49,142 nt of DNA, from positions 1-49,142 of the forward strand of contig CAJNYD010000461.1 in NCBI GenBank assembly GCA_905331295.1. Direction: 5' to 3'. This stretch comes from Rotaria socialis (Eukaryota). Below, one piece after another: positions 38,125 to 49,142 of the stretch (positions are counted from its first letter, which is position 1; each line of letters starts with the position of its first letter). The notes under the pieces are model-generated. The model saw only the letters and a list, made by a program, of their open reading frames with translations. It was not told the DNA's origin and did no database searches. Both the position numbers and the translations under genes were made by a program.

Positions 38125-39808
38125 ATGGATATTTATCATTCATTTGAGTCATTGGGATTAGACGATGGAAGTTTGTGATTGAAACAAACTCTATTTGTGT
38201 TGAATTAATATTCTCTTTTTATTTTTCAGGCATCACTGCACCCGATGCGATCTCCTTAATTTCAATGCCCAATCTAGTAGATTTACTTGTAGAGATAAAT
38301 TTACATTGTAAATTTTGCAAATATATTACTCGATTTAACTCTCATTCTTATTTGTATTTTCTTATTGATATAGAAGAAAACTACAGTCAACATCAATGGA
38401 CACCAAACAATATCGGTGAAGCTCCCACGGAAGAAACTGATGGTTTGTCTCAATGAATGATGTATTTTTTCAATTAATGTATCTCTGTTCTTTCAGCATT
38501 GCGCCAATATCCTCGCAAATCAACACTTCAACAACAAGTAATTATGCAGCCAACAGACGAAGTTGGACAGATCGGTGTTAGTCTTACCAGTAATCCAATA
38601 TCATATGGATCGACAGTGGTTGAAGAATATCCTACCAATGGGAAGAAATCTACAAAATTAGTTAAGTCAGTGGTAGGGATTTTTACAGTAATCATCAATA
38701 ATCGGACAACATTTTTATTCGTGTTCAATTGAAATAGGATGTGTCATCGACAATCACTTTTGCCGAATGCAGTCAGTTATTAGTAACATTTGATGAAGCA
38801 TCTATGGCAGTATCAGTCCCCCCATGTCCATATCAACGTGCTCGATATGAAGGTGAATGCTCGGGTGCTAATCGATATATTTTCGTACCTTGGAATCAGA
38901 TTTTTACGATCACTGTGAGTCATCATTCCTCTGAAAAATATTTATCTATAACTTTCTACGATGAATTTATCTAGATTCCAGATCTTCGTCTTGTTTTGGC
39001 AGCAAACTTCACTGTGCAATTGCGTATCACTCGTACCACAGTACAACATGGCACAAGTGGCCTCACTTTGCTTCATCCTTATCCGATATGGATAAATAAT
39101 GACGACGCGAAAGCTCATAATGGCTCATTATTTGTTCCAGTCACTGAACAAAATATGAAAAATGGTTATCTCCAGTACGTCGAGTTACTTCAATTTTCTT
39201 CTTAACTGATAATCTTTTTTGATTATCTAGCATCAACAATCTTGCCCTGCTTCGACTCAAACAACCTGATCTGGCAAAAATTACAGCATTAGCCGTTTAT
39301 TCACCGACACAGCTATCGTTCTCAGGTAAGAATAAAATTCTGCACACTGTTGATCAATTAAATCATTAAATCATTTTTAGATCTACATTCGACAGGAACG
39401 AACGGGGGCAAGAAAATAAGAGATGAATATGATCTGCAACGGTCAATGTTAGTGTTTCAATTGTTTCTTGTCTATGAGCATAACATGGCATATTGCACAG
39501 ATGTTATTTGCAAGACAGATATAATTCAGGAATATGAGGGTATATTTTGGTTATCATCAATATAAAAGTGAACAAGAATAAGTGTTATTACGTCTATTTT
39601 AGCGAAAGAAATGAGCAAGTTGAGACCAATTTTGGACAGTTATGGTGCTCCACAACGGTCAAGAAGTCCGATGAAGCACAAAAGAATCGGTCGACAAAAG
39701 AAATCGCGAGGGGTAAGTTTATTTTATAGACGAAATTGAGTATCAATGATTGATTTCTATTATCTATAGACATCTTCGAAAAAGAGTCGAGGTGTAGCCA
39801 AACGGTGA
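38125..39808 (+). CDS. Rel-homology-domain-like putative transcription factor (multi-exon) with basic C-terminal NLS-like tail
   Basis: Exons ~38738-38914, 38975-39174, 39231-39325, 39381-39539, 39603-39712 and 39770-39808 splice in frame. They read PCPYQRARYEGE...IPDL...LRITRTT...LLHPYPIW...NNLALLRLKQ...YDLQRSMLVFQL...KHKRIGRQKKSRG...KKSRGVAKR*. The 5' exons (38125 onward) are less certain. Confidence 0.6.
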
Positions 39809-40357
39809 ACAAATGCCTGAAGGGGCTCATCCGTAAACTTTATTAATCAAGAATCTTGCTTAATAAAATTAATTCATTCTATTTTTTTTCTTGTATCGAC
39901 ACACATGCTTTATGTGAGCTTGATTCAATTGTTTATCTTCTACATATTATTCGAGAATATTTCTTTGTTTTTACTGTCCGAGTGTACGTTTTGTTTTCTT
40001 GAATGTAATAAAAGTATATTATCAAAAAAATGTAGTTGGGTGATACAGTGCTGATGATTGATGGTTGAAAACGATGTTGCTTAAGGGGGTGTGTATCAAA
40101 ATGAGCGAAAGAAATAATATCGAAGGAAAAAAAAGCGACAGCATTTAGAGCGAAATATAAAATCCCGAAAAAATTTATTTTAATATTTTTAGACTGCTAA
40201 GATGAAGATTTTTTATTTTCTGATAAAACTTTAAGTACACCAAAAAATGAAATGAATGAAGTGTCATCTAATAATTGATCAGCATCGATTTCAAAAAAGC
40301 TTTCCGTATATTCGTATACGTATACACATATTGTATCCATTTCTTTCGCGAATGCAA

Positions 40358-40911
40358 TATTCCCTAGACTGAAAGGATAGGGTCTAGAAACCGTAATTCA
40401 CCTGTGTCTGTCTGTCTGTAACACTGGCACAAATGACCGTTTCTATGCCACAAACGACCATTTTAATGACACAAAGGGCATTGTTACGGCATAAACCATG
40501 AGTGAATGCATGACATGATCACGTGAAACAGTCCGCTCTGGAGATGGGGTCAGCGAATGGGCGAGCTGATCCCCCTACGGAACTTTGAGCTAACCATCAC
40601 GAAATTTCTGAACCCTGTATTTTTGTGGCTAGGTAAGACTCAACCTCTCCGCCGCCTTAAGGGTCTTTGAGTCCCATTCTGTCCGTGTTTCGTCTTCACG
40701 TTTAGTGCTTTTACTTGAAACCTTTAATTTTCGTCTAATTCTTACTTCAGTTTCACTTATTCCCACCCCCTTTACAGGTCTGTTTAAAAAGATCACCACC
40801 AGCTGCTGACACAAACAACCGATTTTCTGTCCTGTCCATGCATTTCTTCTCCTCAGCGCTGACAGTCTAGGGTCCAGTGAATCGACTTTTGATGTCGATG
40901 AACGTTACTTG
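40358..40911 (+). mobile_element. Helentron-associated/DINE-1-like non-autonomous element
   Basis: 5' subterminal repeat CCCTAGACTG with a nearby partial inverted copy, then a (GTCT)n microsatellite. The 3' subterminal repeat CAGTCTAGGG (40863) is followed by stem-loop ATCGAC...GTCGAT and CTTGT. Confidence 0.7.
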
Positions 40912-41634
40912 TGGCTCAAAAGCAATAAATGTATCAGTTGACTGAATAGTTTTTTCACGAAATGGATCTTTCAATCATACTGATAAAATTGTTATTATTT
41001 ACTTTTGATTTATGAAAAGTGTTGCTCTGGCAGATCGTTGTTTCCAACAATCCGCACAATTTCGTCATTGCAACATGTATTTGATCAGTAAAGATCTTTT
41101 TTTTCTTCTAATTATGAAGCTTTTTGAATACTTTATTTTATCCATAAATAATCATAACTACGAACACTGTTTATTTAGTAGTGCATACAAAAATAGGATA
41201 ACATGAATAAAATATGAACACTAAACAAAAAGGAAATGCACAACAACCTTATGAATATAGCTAGTGTAATGGAAATAAAAATATGAAAAAGATCTAATGT
41301 TGATCTGTTGATGCAGTAACATTTCCACCATGACCACACTGAAAAAAAAATCCGTGTAATGATATAATCCTGTACTGTTATTTTTTGTCGATAAACTCTT
41401 GAAGGGTTTATGCTTGTGTGATCAATCCTTTAAAGGTTTTTTGAATATGGCGTTCATCAACCATAGGGTATATGAAAATTCAGCGGGTACATTAAAGTTA
41501 TGAAAGAGTTTTTAAGATGGTATTGCAAACGAACCGTATGTTGCTGAACGATTAACCAATTATCACAATATGGCTTTGAGATTAGCGTTTATCATGATAC
41601 GGTATGAGATTTATGATTTTATTTTTTCTTTTGA

Positions 41635-42205
41635 AAGAGTTTATCACTCTACTAATTAAGGTTTATCTTTCTTCCCTTTATTGATCATTATATCATTCTA
41701 CGGGTAAGGGTTGATTCTTCTCTCCATTGAGTTACAAGGTATATCATCCGACCGAGAAAACTAATCTTGGCGTCGTTCACTTTGTAAGGTTTATCACTGC
41801 ACGGTTAAAGATTGATTTACCTCCTTCAGCCTACACAGGGTTTATCATTATACGGATAGTGATTGATGACTTTCCATCCTCCTGAGAAGGGTTTATCACA
41901 ATGTGGATGAGGGTTGATCTACCTCCTTCAGTCTACAAAGGGTTTATCATTATACGGATAGTGATTGATGACTTTCCGTCCTCCTGAGAAGGGTTCATCA
42001 CCATGCGGATGAGAGTTGATCTACCTCCTTCAGTCTACAAAGGGTTTATCATTATACGGATAGTGATTGATAACTTTCCGTCCTCCTGAGAAGGGTTCAT
42101 CACAATGCGTATGAGGGTTGATCACCTTCCACCTTTCTACGAAGTGTTAATCAGTGCACGTATATAAGGTTTGATTCTTCCACCTTGTTGCAAAGATTTT
42201 ATCAA
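41635..42205 (+). repeat. Subterminal tandem array, 51-bp subunits forming a 102-bp higher-order repeat
   Basis: GGGTT(T/C)ATCA at 41838, 41889, 41940, 41991, 42042 and 42093. Alternate subunits are nearly identical. Confidence 0.85.
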
Positions 42206-42680
42206 AGTATTCTTCTAAGATATTTTTTTTTTATTCTGAAGAATCTATTATTGGTGACTCAGTATTGATTAATTCCTGATTTATGATAGAAAGAAAATTT
42301 TATCAGCAATGCAAAATACATAGTAAAATGATACGGTCGAAACTATATATTAACGATGAATAAAACATTGCGGAAAAGGTGCGTGATAAAATATGTACCA
42401 AAGTTCTTTTTATGTTTGACATACCTTTAGTGAAACTATTGAATTTTTCATTTGTTGTACGTTTCTAAGTGCTAAAAGAAGATATCACCACCTATCGAAC
42501 ATTTTTGTTATTAGATGAAATATTCATGCCTGATATAATGGACGGACTATGCAATCGAGGACGAAAACAATTAACAATAATCTTGTATTTTTGTATATCA
42601 TTCATACGATGATAATGATCCTTTCTTTGGATACTTGTAAACTACTTTTTTTGTTATTTTAGATAAATTAATTATTTAGT

Positions 42681-45600
42681 ATGAATTGGTCTTCTGGACA
42701 AGTTATTACTTGGTGCAAATCATTCATTAATGATGAATCAATCTTATCGAGATTTGAAGGTCAGTCTATTCTAATTTATTACACAACAGCATGTTTATCT
42801 TTGTCAAATGAAAGCTCGTTTTGTGTTTGTGTGAAGAAATAGATCATCATTATGCATGCTAGAAGTTTTTATTATTAGCATTTATAGTTCGGTTAGTCAC
42901 CTTCGTCCGTTTTTTTAAACAAAGTAGACGCGTACGTTCGTGTGAACGAAAAGAATTGAATATTGTTTATATTTTTCCGATCCAATCATTTTTCAATCAC
43001 GTTTTTCTTATTCGTCGATTCGCTTTTAATTTGTAAACAAACAAGATTCCGTATTTTTTATTATTACAGAAAATCACTCATTTTATTTTGATCTTTCTCC
43101 TTTATCAAAGTCATAATGTCGCCATTCAGTTGTCCACTTTGTGTATCGAATCGGTGTTTCGGCAGTTTTGCCAAAATGTTCCAACATATAACATTGTATC
43201 ATCAGCACGAGCCAAATTTCAATATCACATGCGACTTACATAATGCATGTGGAGTTTTGTACAGAAATTATTCTGCTTATAAAGCTCATGTCTATCGACG
43301 ACACGCATCTGAAGTTCTGTTGAAAAACAAACCGAATAATACTTCAAATGTTACTCCTAATGAAAGTCAACAGCAAGAAAGTATGAATAATCTATTTATG
43401 GAATTAGGTACAATCAACGATTGTGATAATACATGTGATCCTGCTAATGATGATATTGAAGCAATTCTTATAGATGATGATTGCGAAACGAATATTTGTA
43501 ATCCTGAATTGTTTTTTGATTCCATTAACGCCGACGAAAGCTTTTCTGAATTTTTGTTGATTATGAAACGATCGTACTTGCAGTTTATTTTGGAATTACG
43601 TGAAGAATATTTACTGCCGCAAGGTGTTACAAATATCATTTCCACGTACATTGTAACGCTTTTTCGTCATTTAGAAATTTTATTGAATAAAAAAGCATTT
43701 ATTCCATCTACAAATATTTATTCATCTTCAACGTCGTTACCAGAACAAAACAAGAAAATAATTGAAATTTATCAACTGCACGAAATATTCAATGATTTAT
43801 CAAATATGATCGAATCGATTTCTAAAAATAATTATCAATTTATTAAAAGTTGTGAGAAATATTTCGATTTTAATTTACCTGAACAAGTTGTGTTATCATC
43901 ACCTAATGAACCTATCGAATCAGCTTATTTTATTCCGATTGATCGAACATTGTCATTGATGTTAAAATCTCAACGACTTCTTTTAGAAATCTCGGAAAAT
44001 ATTCAACAACAACGAATCAGCGCAGAAAATGATTCGGATCTAATGTATTCAATAAGAGATGCGCATTATGGTAATCGTTTCGATGAAGATAGCTTTTTAA
44101 TCCAGTTGTATTTGGATGACATTGGTCTTACTAATCCGATTGGTGCGAAACGCGACAAACATAAAATGACTATGATATATTTTTCTCTGGAGGATGTACC
44201 AGATAAATATCGATCGAAACTCGATTTCATTCAGTTAGTTGCTGTTTGTGAGAGCAAACATCTCAAAGTAAATATTTTAATGATAAACTCGAATATATAC
44301 TGACAGAGTTGGGATTTAGAATTTTTTTCTTGTTATTATTGATGCAATATAAGAATATGTTAGTTTTTTTATTTCTTTATGAACGCTAACTAAAATCTTA
44401 GCTAAACTTGAGATATTTTATTCAAGAAAGAACAGAACATCAATACGATTTTGTAATATCTAATATTTTTCTTATTTGAGAACGATGTTAAAGCTCGCCG
44501 CTTCTTCGCGCCGATTATTGAAAATTTAAACAAGTTGCAATTGCATGGTATTTCAATTCATGGCGTTCATCTTACGTTTTCTTTCTCTACCGTTGTTGCT
44601 AACAATCTAGCATCCCATTTTATAGGTGCATTTCAATCTTGCTTCAATGGTGGTCATTTTTGCCGAAGGTGTTATATTACATATTCAGAGAAGAATTTGC
44701 CAATTCCATTATCGAAAATTCAGACTCGATCAATGATTGATCACGATGATCTTGTTGATAAGATCATCAATGATCCTAATAGAATACCTTTGAAAGGTGT
44801 TATTGGACCTAGTCCTTTGCTAGAGTTGATTGGTTTTCATGCAACAACATCATTACCTCGAGATCTCATGCATGATTTCATTGAAGGAATCTGCCCAGTG
44901 ATTATAATTTCTTTACTCAAACAAGCGTCTTCATTGCGAATTTTAACATACAGTGAGAATATTTTTGTTATCTTTATAATCTTCATATTTAGAGTTTTTG
45001 TTTAATTAGATAGTCATACAATTTTCACATACTATGAGGGAAGCGTTCCTCTAAATTAGATTTATTTTTTCGCTGGTTTTCAATTTTTATTATTGTTGAA
45101 ATTATCGAATTGTTAGAAATCAAAGCAATCTTAATAAAAACATAATATTCGATTTTTCATAAGTTAGATGTAGGAGAATTAATTTCATTAAATGAAATAC
45201 AGCATTAATTAGGTTCTTTTTTTAATTCTATAAACAATAGCGACTTTTTTTTAAATCGTAGTAAAACTACTTGGTATTATTCTTTCGAATAATTCGTTTC
45301 TTATGCATTCATTGATTTGTATTTTTCACATGTTAAGTGCGCATACAAGAACGTATGGAAAACTTTCAATATGGAAAATTTGATTCCAGCAATCAACCGC
45401 CACCACTACTTGTAAAACACCTTCAAAACGATCATATGGTTGCCACAGCCGCTCAAAAATTATGTTTTTTCAAGCTTTTCCCTATAATTTTTAATGATAC
45501 AGTTGATCTTTTACCTTCATTTATAGTATACAAAGTACTACGAGAAATACTTGATCTTATATTGTCTTATCCATTTCGAAAAAAATGGTTGTATATACTT

Positions 45601-48600
45601 GGTGAATTATGTGATACTTTCCACGAAACAATGCTAAGTCATTTTCCGGAAAAAATAACGCCAAAGGCTCATTTCATTCGCGAGTATAAATACATGATAA
45701 ATGATTTTGGTCCAGCAGTTCGACAATGGTGTTTTCGATATGAAGCCAACCATTCCTACTTCAAGAAAATCACGGCCCGAACGAATAATTTTAAAAACAT
45801 TGCGAAGATGCTTGTTACACGTTATCATTTAAAGCAGTGTTTGACATTTGGTCATTTATCTCAATTACAATCAAATAAATATTCAGTTGGAATAAAAAAA
45901 GCTCGAAGTACTTGCTTCGATTCAGCAATGAAAGTTATCCTACTGAAACATTTCGATCATGCTGACTTTGACACAGATTTTTATCAATGCAAAACGTTAG
46001 TTTATGATAATGTTGAATATCGCCGATGTGGAGTGCATATTATAGATTTAAAACCATCTCATGAGCAACCAATATTTGGTCAAATTGCTATGATTATAAA
46101 AAAAGAATGAAAAATGGTGGTTATTAATTGATGTTCTTGATACCATTTGTTATGATGAAAAATTGTTTGCTTGGCAAATACAATCTACAGCTCGATACTC
46201 TTTGATTGATCCTAATAATTTAGTATATTATCACAAAGGACTGGATATTTACATGGTGAACAACTTGAGTTTTGTCTCATTTATATCACGTCTAACATTA
46301 CATTAACCATAACATGAACATTTAATGTTTTGAACGCTTATTCTCATATAGATTTTATTATGGCTTCATTTTAAAACTTTCATTAATCTTTTTTTATTTA
46401 TAATCTGCACGTGTCTGATAGTATAAGATTTTATTCAATGACTGCATGGTCCCTTTATGAATACGCATTGTGATTAATGAAGGCATTGGTTATGATTCAT
46501 GACCAATGAGACTTTATATGATTTAATATTGTATTTGCGTTTTGAAATATCATATCCTTATGTTATAGCTATAAGACTCTTGCACATTGCACGTTTTTTT
46601 TATATAACAACGCATACTAACCCAGCTTTCTAACTGTTTCAACTATCTTTTTTTTCAAAAAAAACACGTTTTTAGTCTTTTCCTTATATTTATATATAGG
46701 TTATTATTTGTTTTCTAGAACATGATGTAGATGGTCCAACGCTCAAGATGCTGAATAATGTTGAACGAATATCACTGTTAATACCGAAACTGAAACAACA
46801 GTTACTTTTCTTAGAAGAACGTGAGAAATTATTTCGAAAAGTTGATGACGGTTCAATTTCGTGTGATGGTTCGATTTCATATGATGGTTCAATTTCAAGT
46901 TATGGTTCAATTTCATGTGATGATTCAGTTTCATGTGATGGTTCATTAATTAATACATCTACAATACCTAAAGCACCAATTTTTACTGCAACAAATGCTC
47001 AAACAACACCTGCTGTTTCAGTTAATTCGAAATCACAATCTTCAATTTCTCTGTCAACTCCAAATCTTTCATCAAGAATGTCTATGAATAATTTAACAAC
47101 TGGTCAAGTTATTACTGTTGCAGATACTTCTTCATCTTTTCCAGATGTATATGAAGTACCAATATTACCAAAAGCTTTATTAAAAGATATTGAATCTGGA
47201 AATCTCAAAAGTTTTGGTCCACATTGTCAAAGTCGGCAAATACTAATCGATGCAGTAGTTCACGATCTGATTGAAAATTATAATTTACTGTATGTTATTT
47301 CTACAGTGAAATATATATAGTTGTCATGTTCTTGTATATTTGATCAATCGATCTTTTGTACCCTTTTTCGATAGTTTTTCTTTTAAAATGCAAAAAATTA
47401 ACTTTCTTTTTATTAATTACGTTGTTAAAATTTATATTTCAACAAATATGAGAAACGAAACCGTTAACTCAAACAGTTTTTGTTGAAATATCTCAAATGA
47501 TAAGATGAGATTTCTCTCGGTCATAAAATTGTTAATTATCGACAGTTTTAACGCTTGCTCAATTTTTTATTCACGTTTCAAACATTGACTATAGTCCAAG
47601 ATTGAACAATTAATATAAAACTTCTGTTTTTTCTTTGAAAAAGCTTTTTAAATTAATGTGGAATTTCGCATTCATTTTTATTGTTCATTTTTTTAGCTAT
47701 CTATCAAAAACACAATATAATATCGTTGGTTCTGCTCTTGTACGATGTTTGAAATTACCTTCAACACCAGAAAATCTAGTAAGTTCATTTATCAATTAGA
47801 AAAACATATCATGTTGTAATTTTCAGACGATTTGGAAAGATGCTTTACAAACTAAATTAAAACGTACACGTGCTGATTATCCAAATAGCAGTCTTGTTCA
47901 AGTATTTCGATTAAAATATTCCAAGGTGGGATCTGGACGTCCAGTCAAACAAAAAATTGGCGAAATTGTTGAACGTGATAGACATAAACAGGTAACTAAT
48001 AATTAAATATTACTTATAATTTCATTGTTTCTTCTAGATGGTAATAATGCCATATAGCAACGAGCTGTCTGATGAAATTCAAACTAAAGTGGTACAATTA
48101 CAAAATTTTTCTGAACTTGAAGTAAGTACGCAATTACGGTTATGGAAAGAAACATTTATCTTTCGTCGACAAGTCGTACGAGATCAATCAACAAGTGATA
48201 TAATAAAGAATTTTCCTGCTTATAGTAATCCTTTTTTGGTAAATTGGTTTCTCAAGATTATCTTCTTTGCATTAAACATTTGTTTTCTATTATAGATTTT
48301 CGAAGAAGTAAAGATGTTGATGAACATTGACTTAAGTAAAGAAGTTCGACAACAAGTTCCTATTTTACTAGATAAATTAGTCGAAACTCCTGCATTCATT
48401 GCCGGTAAATAAAATAAATGATAAACGTTCATGAATAAACAATTATTGATTTTAGATTCATCTCCTATTCGATTAATTAAAATCTTATGTCGAAAATTCG
48501 GCGAGACTGTTCAACATGTATTCTGCGAAAACGTAAGTTTGTCTTTAATATGTTCAAATTTTTACTTAAAAACAGATAAAAATTTATTTGAATTTATCTC

Positions 48601-49142
48601 AGTGAATAAACGATTGACTTAAGTAATTAAAGAGAAATAAAGGATATTTAAAGTTCCAGTTTTTAAGAAAGACCTTTATCTTATTCGATGTTCTATCGTC
48701 TTTAATATCGCAAAGATTTATTTAAAGTTGTAATTTTTCTCAAGTGTTGACTAAAGTTATTAGATGTCTTTAAAACATATTGACACCAGACAGTGATGTA
48801 TCATGGCATGCCTTTTGTTTTTGTTAGTGCAAATCAAAAAAAATTATCTTTATAGGAACCACCAACGCCTTATCCAACATTGGTCTCGATTGATGGTATC
48901 ATTCATATTTACGTTGACTTTCATCCGATCGTTTCAACTAGTTCACCAGATGATGCTCTTGGTCTTCTTATCGCAATGTATTCTATTTTTGAATTATCAT
49001 TTGATAAAAAGAGCAGAACCAGCCGATTTTTATATTGTGTTTTATATGGTTGTAAACAATTTATATCAAATTCAATTCGAGTATTGATAAAGGAAAAGAA
49101 TATTGATATTCATTGTGAACGTCTTCAACTGCCATCTATCTC
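42681..49142 (+). CDS. EnSpm ORF2 (TnpA-position accessory protein) with N-terminal SAM-like domain, partial
   Basis: Exons 42681-42759, 46719-47289, 47697-47778, 47827-47991, 48038-48238, 48296-48404, 48456-48532 and 48856 to window end are phase-consistent. The first junction reads MNWSSGQVITWCKSFINDESILSRFE-EHDVDGPTLKML; the C-terminal part has ALGLLIAMYSIFELSF. Confidence 0.7.
43116..46306 (+). pseudogene. CMC/EnSpm-type DDE transposase with N-terminal C2H2 fingers, apparently inactivated
   Basis: Exons 43116-44267, 44481-44952 and 45338-46306. Motifs: CPLC..H..H, LYLDDIGLTNPIG, A(N)NLASH, FCRRC, DLMHDFIEG, TPKAHF, WCFRYEANH. A +1 frameshift in the A-run 46098-46104 gives TGA at 46110; the shifted frame ends at 46306. 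Confidence 0.85.
46847..46945 (+). repeat. 18-bp coding tandem repeat (DGSISC-like x5-6) in ORF2
   Basis: GATGGTTCAATTTCATGT-type units. Confidence 0.85.

Larger units (their letters stand above)
41337..49142 (+). mobile_element. CMC/EnSpm-type DNA transposon, left end and coding region (continues beyond window)
   Basis: CACTGAAAAAAAAA terminus at 41337, GGGTTTATCA subterminal repeats, then transposase and ORF2. Confidence 0.85.

Noticed and set aside
40081..40180. TTAA-GGGGG start of a Kolobok/piggyBac-like element
   Set aside because: No partner TIR identified.
41635..42205. CRISPR-like regular repeats
   Set aside because: The intervening sequences are themselves repeated (102-bp period), there are no cas genes, and the context is a eukaryotic transposon.

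Overview
AT-rich eukaryotic DNA with many 50-60 nt GT-AG introns, most consistent with a bdelloid rotifer. This is an inference from intron size, the F-box family type, an intron-containing bacterial-type gene and CACACC/TGTGGG telomere-type motifs. Genes: a secreted zincin-type metalloprotease (+), a 9-exon bacterial-type alpha-2-macroglobulin with CTEQ thioester and one in-frame stop (+), a decayed DUF3987-like P-loop gene (-), a 12-exon stomatin/band-7 gene (-), an F-box pseudogene (-), an intronless multi-pass membrane ORF (+) and a Rel-homology-like gene (+). Mobile DNA: hAT-type and P-like non-autonomous elements, Helentron/DINE-like elements, short LTR-like segments, and the left part of a large CMC/EnSpm transposon whose transposase lies inside an intron of its SAM-domain ORF2. 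The most striking structure is a cluster of five type I hammerhead ribozyme motifs (33479-34105), most followed by reverse telomeric repeats. The cluster sits with the membrane ORF inside a 3,353-bp unit that is directly repeated. All calls come from manual reading; no searches were run.
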